Assembly (NCBI GenBank): GCA_050951545.1 | Contig: JBMNJG010000004.1 | Coordinates: 32,001 to 96,000 of the forward strand | DNA from: Limnochordia bacterium | Lineage (GTDB): Bacteria; Bacillota; Limnochordia; DTU080 | Direction of reading: 5' to 3' | DNA: 64,000 nt | In this document: piece by piece, positions 59,805-64,000 of the stretch | How the letters are laid out: every line of letters begins with the position of its first letter | Position numbering within the stretch: the stretch's first letter is position 1 | Program-made: the position numbers and the translations under genes | Notes under the pieces: generated by a model | What the model was told of the DNA's origin: nothing | Databases searched by the model: none | What the model saw: only the letters and a program-made list of their open reading frames with translations

Positions 59805-61271
59805 ATGTCCGATGCACACCAGCGTCCGAACATCGTCATCATCTACGCGGATGACCTCGGTTTCGGCGATCTCAGCTGTTATGGTGCTACGCACCTTAGG
59901 ACACCTAACCTTGACAAACTCGCTGCCCAAGGCTTGCAGTTCACACAGGGCTATGCTACTGCGGCGACGTGCACGCCATCTCGCTACAGCCTACTGACGG
60001 GGTCTTACCCTTGGCGTAACCCAGATGCTCGGATCTTAGCAGGCGACGCACCGATGATCATCCCCACAGACATGCCCACGTTGCCAGGGATGCTACGGCA
60101 GGCTGGCTACAGCACAGGCATAGTCGGCAAATGGCATCTGGGTCTGGGCAGGGGTGACCTCGACTGGAATGCAGACATCGCCCCGTCGCCGCTCGACGTG
60201 GGCTTTGACACATCCTTCATTATGGCCGCTACCAACGACCGCGTCCCCTGCGTCTACGTGGACGGGCGCCGCGTAGCGGGGCTGGTCGCAGAGGATCCCA
60301 TCGAAGTCAACTACAAACAGCCTTTCCCTGGTCTACCCACGGGCAGGGATAACCCAGAACTTTTGCGGATGAGGTACAGTCATGGACACGACATGGCGCT
60401 CGTCAACGGCATCAGTCGGATTGGTTACATGCGTGGAGGTATGCAAGCCCTCTGGAAAGATGAGGAGATGGCGGAGGTTTTCCTGGAGAAGGCGCTGTCG
60501 TTCGTCAATGAACACCAGGATGAGCCCTTCTTCCTTTACTACGCCCTACATCAGCCACACGTGCCCCGTGTGCCTGGGCCGCGCTTTGCTGGTACCACAG
60601 GTCTGGGCCCTCGCGGTGATGTAATCGCCGAGCTCGATTGGTGCGTAGGGGAGATGCTTGATACGCTAGATCAGCTCGGATTAGCAGAGAAGACGATCGT
60701 CATTTTCTCGAGTGACAACGGCCCTGTGTTGGATGACGGTTACCAGGACCAAGCCGTGGAACTGAGCGAGGGGCACCGCCCCGCTGGACCCCTGCGTGGT
60801 GGCAAGTATAGCCTCTTTGATGGAGGTACCCGCGTTCCCCTTCTCGTGCGGTGGGTCGGCCGCATAGCGCCAGCGCAGACCGCTGCAAAAGTCTGCCATG
60901 TGGACTTTTTCGCTTCTTTCGCGGCGCTCCTCCAGCAGTCGCTAGAGGCCGACGCGGCCGTGGATAGCCTCGACATGCTCTCGGCATTTTTGGGAACGGA
61001 TCCAGTGGGGAGATTGGAAATGGTCGTGGAGGGAGCGGGTGCCAAGACTATCTTACACAGAGGCGATTGGGTGTTTATTCCACCATATAAAGGCCCTGGT
61101 GTTCTCAGGTTCACGGGCATCGAATCTGGCAACGCCCCCCATCCTCAGCTCTACAACCTGCGTGCTGATACGGCTCAGCAAGAGAACCTCGCGTCCGCGT
61201 ACCCGGCGGTTGTTGAAAAGATGGCTTCCCGCTTGATCGCCATTCAGCAGAGCGAAAGGACGCGTCCCTAG
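59805..61271 (+). CDS. Arylsulfatase
   Basis: ADDLG, CTPSRYSLLTG, GKWHLG, PHVP and SDNG motifs. Confidence 0.94.
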   Translation: MSDAHQRPNIVIIYADDLGFGDLSCYGATHLRTPNLDKLAAQGLQFTQGYATAATCTPSRYSLLTGSYPWRNPDARILAGDAPMIIPTDMPTLPGMLRQAGYSTGIVGKWHLGLGRGDLDWNADIAPSPLDVGFDTSFIMAATNDRVPCVYVDGRRVAGLVAEDPIEVNYKQPFPGLPTGRDNPELLRMRYSHGHDMALVNGISRIGYMRGGMQALWKDEEMAEVFLEKALSFVNEHQDEPFFLYYALHQPHVPRVPGPRFAGTTGLGPRGDVIAELDWCVGEMLDTLDQLGLAEKTIVIFSSDNGPVLDDGYQDQAVELSEGHRPAGPLRGGKYSLFDGGTRVPLLVRWVGRIAPAQTAAKVCHVDFFASFAALLQQSLEADAAVDSLDMLSAFLGTDPVGRLEMVVEGAGAKTILHRGDWVFIPPYKGPGVLRFTGIESGNAPHPQLYNLRADTAQQENLASAYPAVVEKMASRLIAIQQSERTRP

Positions 61272-61287
61272 CAAAAGGAGGTGCAGT

Positions 61288-61424
61288 ATGAAGTGGACTA
61301 TGGATGCATTGCTAGCAGCCTGTTGGCTATCTTCGGCGAGATCGGTGTGCAGCGAGTAGACTCGATCACGGCGACGATGGTGCGCAGCCTGATCATGGCG
61401 GGTACCCTGGTCTTCGCCTCCTAA
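61288..61424 (+). pseudogene. EamA/DMT small transporter remnant
   Basis: Strong AAGGAGGT RBS and MKW..ALLAA, then frameshifted AIFGEIGVQRVDSITATMVR. Confidence 0.6.
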
Positions 61425-62512
61425 TGCTGTGCCAAGCGCTCTCGCACAGCAGGGCTTGGGCTGAAGGGTGTGCTCATCGCCTCTGCCAACGACACATCAT
61501 ACGGTGGGCGCAAGAGACCGACTTCGGTGATCATCGCTGTGACCAGCTTGGCAGGGGTGACGTCGAAGGCTGGGTTGTAAGCCTCAATCGCTTCAGGTGC
61601 TGTGCGGACACCGAAGCCGTAGGTGATCTCAGTGGTCTCCCGTTCTTCAATGGTGACCTGCTCCCCACTGGGAGTCTCTAGATCAATGGACGAGCGAGGT
61701 GCCGCTACGTAGAAAGGAATGCCGTGGTGATGGGCCAGAACTGCTAGGCTGTAGGTGCCAATCTTGTTGACCACATCGCCGTTAGCGGCTACACGATCTG
61801 TACCGACGATAACCGCTTCGATCCACCCATGGTGCATCAGGGTACCAGCCATATTGTCACAGATCAAGACGACATGCACCCCAGCCTGTTGCAGCTCCCA
61901 CGCGGTGAGTCGGGCACCCTGCAAGACTGGCCGGGTCTCGTCTGCGAAGACCCGCAGCGGCCAGCCTTGTTCGTGAGCAAGATAGATGGGGGCGAGGGCA
62001 GTCCCCCATTGGGCGGTACCTAGTCCACCAGCGTTGCAGTGGGTAAGCAGACTCATTCCTGGTAGCAGCAGTTCTAGGCCGTGGTAGCCGATGGAAAGGC
62101 AGACGGCATTGTCTTCGGTGATCATCGCTCGCGCTTCGTCCAAGAGGGCGGCCTTCAGGAAGGCTACGTCAGTCGCTGCGGCTGCCTTCCGACGGGCAAA
62201 CTGCTGCAATCGGCGCAAGGCCCAGCATAGGTTGACAGCGGTGGGTCGAGCGGTTGCCAGGTATGCGGCCGCCTCATCGATCTCGAGCAGTAACGCCTCA
62301 GGTGTGGAGGCCTCAGAGGCTCGAGCTGCGAGATAGAGTCCGAAGGCAGCGGCGATGCCGATTGCTGGGGCTCCTCGGACCTTTAGGCGTCGGATGGCTT
62401 CCCACATCTCTTCACAGCTTTCGGGCGTGAAAAACACAGTCTCCGTGGGGAGGCGGGACTGATCAATCATCATGATCCGGTCGCATTCCCAGCTGATGGT
62501 CTTAGCGGGCAT
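61421..62512 (-). CDS. mtnA: S-methyl-5-thioribose-1-phosphate isomerase
   Basis: DQSRLP, VRGAPAIG, RPTAVNL, THCNAG, ETRP.LQGARLT, NKIGT and NPAFDVT motifs. Confidence 0.95.
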   Translation of the reverse strand: MPAKTISWECDRIMMIDQSRLPTETVFFTPESCEEMWEAIRRLKVRGAPAIGIAAAFGLYLAARASEASTPEALLLEIDEAAAYLATARPTAVNLCWALRRLQQFARRKAAAATDVAFLKAALLDEARAMITEDNAVCLSIGYHGLELLLPGMSLLTHCNAGGLGTAQWGTALAPIYLAHEQGWPLRVFADETRPVLQGARLTAWELQQAGVHVVLICDNMAGTLMHHGWIEAVIVGTDRVAANGDVVNKIGTYSLAVLAHHHGIPFYVAAPRSSIDLETPSGEQVTIEERETTEITYGFGVRTAPEAIEAYNPAFDVTPAKLVTAMITEVGLLRPPYDVSLAEAMSTPFSPSPAVRERLAQH

Positions 62513-62541
62513 GGCAGTACCTCCATTCTTGCTCTTGCCGA

Positions 62542-63117
62542 TCATTTCCCAGGCATCATTCGCCGCGACCAGCGGGCAGTTCTTGCGGCAGCGACCAGAG
62601 CTGCCTTCGCCTCACGCCTGGAGATGGACCAGTCGGGGTCGTGAGCTGCCATGTTGCCCAGGCGGCGCAGACGGTCGGCCTGATGGAAGAGATCAGATGG
62701 CATGTGCGGTCGGAGCACGAGAAGCAGCTCCTGCATGCCAGGCGGTTCGTTAGGGGTCCTGGCCAGAGAGAGCTTTTCCACAGCCTCGCGCAAGGCATGT
62801 TCTAATGCGCCGCGACCTCGAACTAAGGCCATGCCAGGATCAACCGCCAACAGCCGCCGCGCTCGCCGCAGCCCCTCGGCTATCGGATCCTGGCGGGGCC
62901 ACAGCCACCAGAGGAGCCAGACAGCCGCCAAGGTGAGGTAACTACCATAGAGACAGAGTGCAGCCCGCCACAGTGGAATCTGCCACCGCGTTACGGTGGC
63001 CCGAGTGAGAGGAGCCAGGAGCCAGGAACACATCAGATACGCCAGCCGACTGGGTGTGATCACGAAGGCGGGGTAGAGGAGGTTTGTTGCTCGGGTGCGC
63101 TTGCTTTGTGAGTTCAT
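62542..63117 (-). CDS. Membrane protein with C-terminal DUF4145-like HEPN domain
   Basis: Two hydrophobic segments, then R..LE...LRRLGNMAAH. Confidence 0.55.
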   Translation of the reverse strand: MNSQSKRTRATNLLYPAFVITPSRLAYLMCSWLLAPLTRATVTRWQIPLWRAALCLYGSYLTLAAVWLLWWLWPRQDPIAEGLRRARRLLAVDPGMALVRGRGALEHALREAVEKLSLARTPNEPPGMQELLLVLRPHMPSDLFHQADRLRRLGNMAAHDPDWSISRREAKAALVAAARTARWSRRMMPGK

Positions 63118-63176
63118 CGCATGGCTCTCTTCCGCGGTGGATGCCAATCTGCCGAAATGGCTGTTGTCCAGATTCG

Positions 63177-63205
63177 AGCATACAGGCCAGGTAATGGAGT
63201 GTCAA
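63177..63205 (-). promoter_or_regulatory. sigmaA promoter for the DUF4145-like gene and mtnA
   Basis: TTGACA-17bp-TATGCT on the minus strand. Confidence 0.65.
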
Positions 63206-63218
63206 CAGCCCCTCTAGA

Positions 63219-63643
63219 GGGGCCCGGGGTCGGTTACGTCGCCCAAATCGGCAAGAAGAGGGCGATGCTCACTGGTTTCACCTCCGTCAGTCCCGGACCC
63301 GGCTGGTGAGTCGGGGCCCGGGGTCGGTTACATCGCCCAAATCGGCAAGAAGGGGGCGATGCTCACTGGTTTCACCTCCGTCAGTCCCGGACCCGGCTGG
63401 TGAGTCGGGGCCCGGGGTCGGTTACATCGCCCAAATCGGCAAGAAGGGGGCGATGCTCACTCGATTTCACTTCCGTCAGTCCCGGACCCGGCTGGTGAGT
63501 CGGGGCCCGGGGTCGGTTACATCACCCAAATCGGCAAGAAGAGGGCGATCTCACCAGTTTCTCCTCCGTCAGTCCGACCCGGCTGATGAGTCGGGCCCGG
63601 GGTCGGTTACATCACCCAAATCGGCAAGAAGAGGGCGATGCTC
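63219..63643. repeat. Tandem array of about 4.5 copies of a ~94-bp unit
   Basis: Units start at 63219, 63313, 63407, 63502 and 63593. Each has internal palindromes ATCGCCC...GGGCGAT and GACCCGG...CCGGGGTC. Confidence 0.92.
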
Positions 63644-64000
63644 CAGTGTCATCTTCGATCACAGGAGGCCGACCAGGCGACGAGGCGGGTTCTGGGCAAG
63701 GCAAGATGGCTATTGAGCGGAACATTGTGATTTCGAGGCGGTTACAGCCGGAAGCGGGGCGCCCGTTGGCGCACCACGGGCCTGCTGTTGTCACGACTTG
63801 TGCCGAGGGCACCGGGCGAGGGCATAGGGGCACCCGCTTCAACGAGCGGCAGCGAGAGGTTGCTGAAACCCCTACTGTGAAGGGGGAGAGATGATTCGAG
63901 GCTATAGCGCACTGTTCGTCGCCGTTGGCTACTCGCTGGCGGCGTCACTGGTGGGCGCCCAGCCACCCTTAGCCGTCTCGCGGTAGAAGCGGCTCCTCAG

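Noticed and set aside
59616-59930. Long N-terminal extension of MutY in the ORF track
   Set aside because: Overlaps the divergent sulfatase gene and has no MutY similarity. The same applies to the extended starts at 19009, 18797, 31714 and 54272.
63219-63643. CRISPR array, or the repetitive ORF 63306-63716
   Set aside because: Whole units repeat without unique spacers, no cas genes are present, and the 94-bp period cycles through frames, so the ORF is incidental.

Overview
Chromosomal window of a fairly GC-rich bacterium. It is probably a diderm Bacillota (Limnochordia-like), inferred from Gram-positive-type regulation (YtrA operon, TRAP-type leader), a beta-barrel-like secreted protein and many orphan sugar-binding proteins. 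Core and metabolic genes: ytrA-type ABC operon, ung plus a SMUG1-type UDG, UroD-family protein, pgi, msrA, purC, orphan trpB, dppA, plsC, ClC, mutY, mtnA, two sulfatases, two NUDIX hydrolases and several secreted carbohydrate-active proteins. The main accessory feature is a nested insertion. A solute-binding protein gene is split by a 12.5 kb IS1634-family element (20791-33330; 15-bp IRs, GTGTAG duplication). Its own transposase is split by about 10.6 kb of cargo: a second IS, two integron-type gene cassettes with attC sites (NucS-like nuclease, HhH glycosylase-like protein), phage/satellite-like debris, an atypical MTase-like/TRD pair and a decayed type I R-M locus. Other highlights are an 11-repeat (G/U)AG TRAP attenuator ahead of trpB, a catalytically dead M14 peptidase, an IscB remnant, a ~94-bp tandem repeat array and several genes broken by internal deletions. 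All calls come from manual reading of the sequence; no database searches were run.
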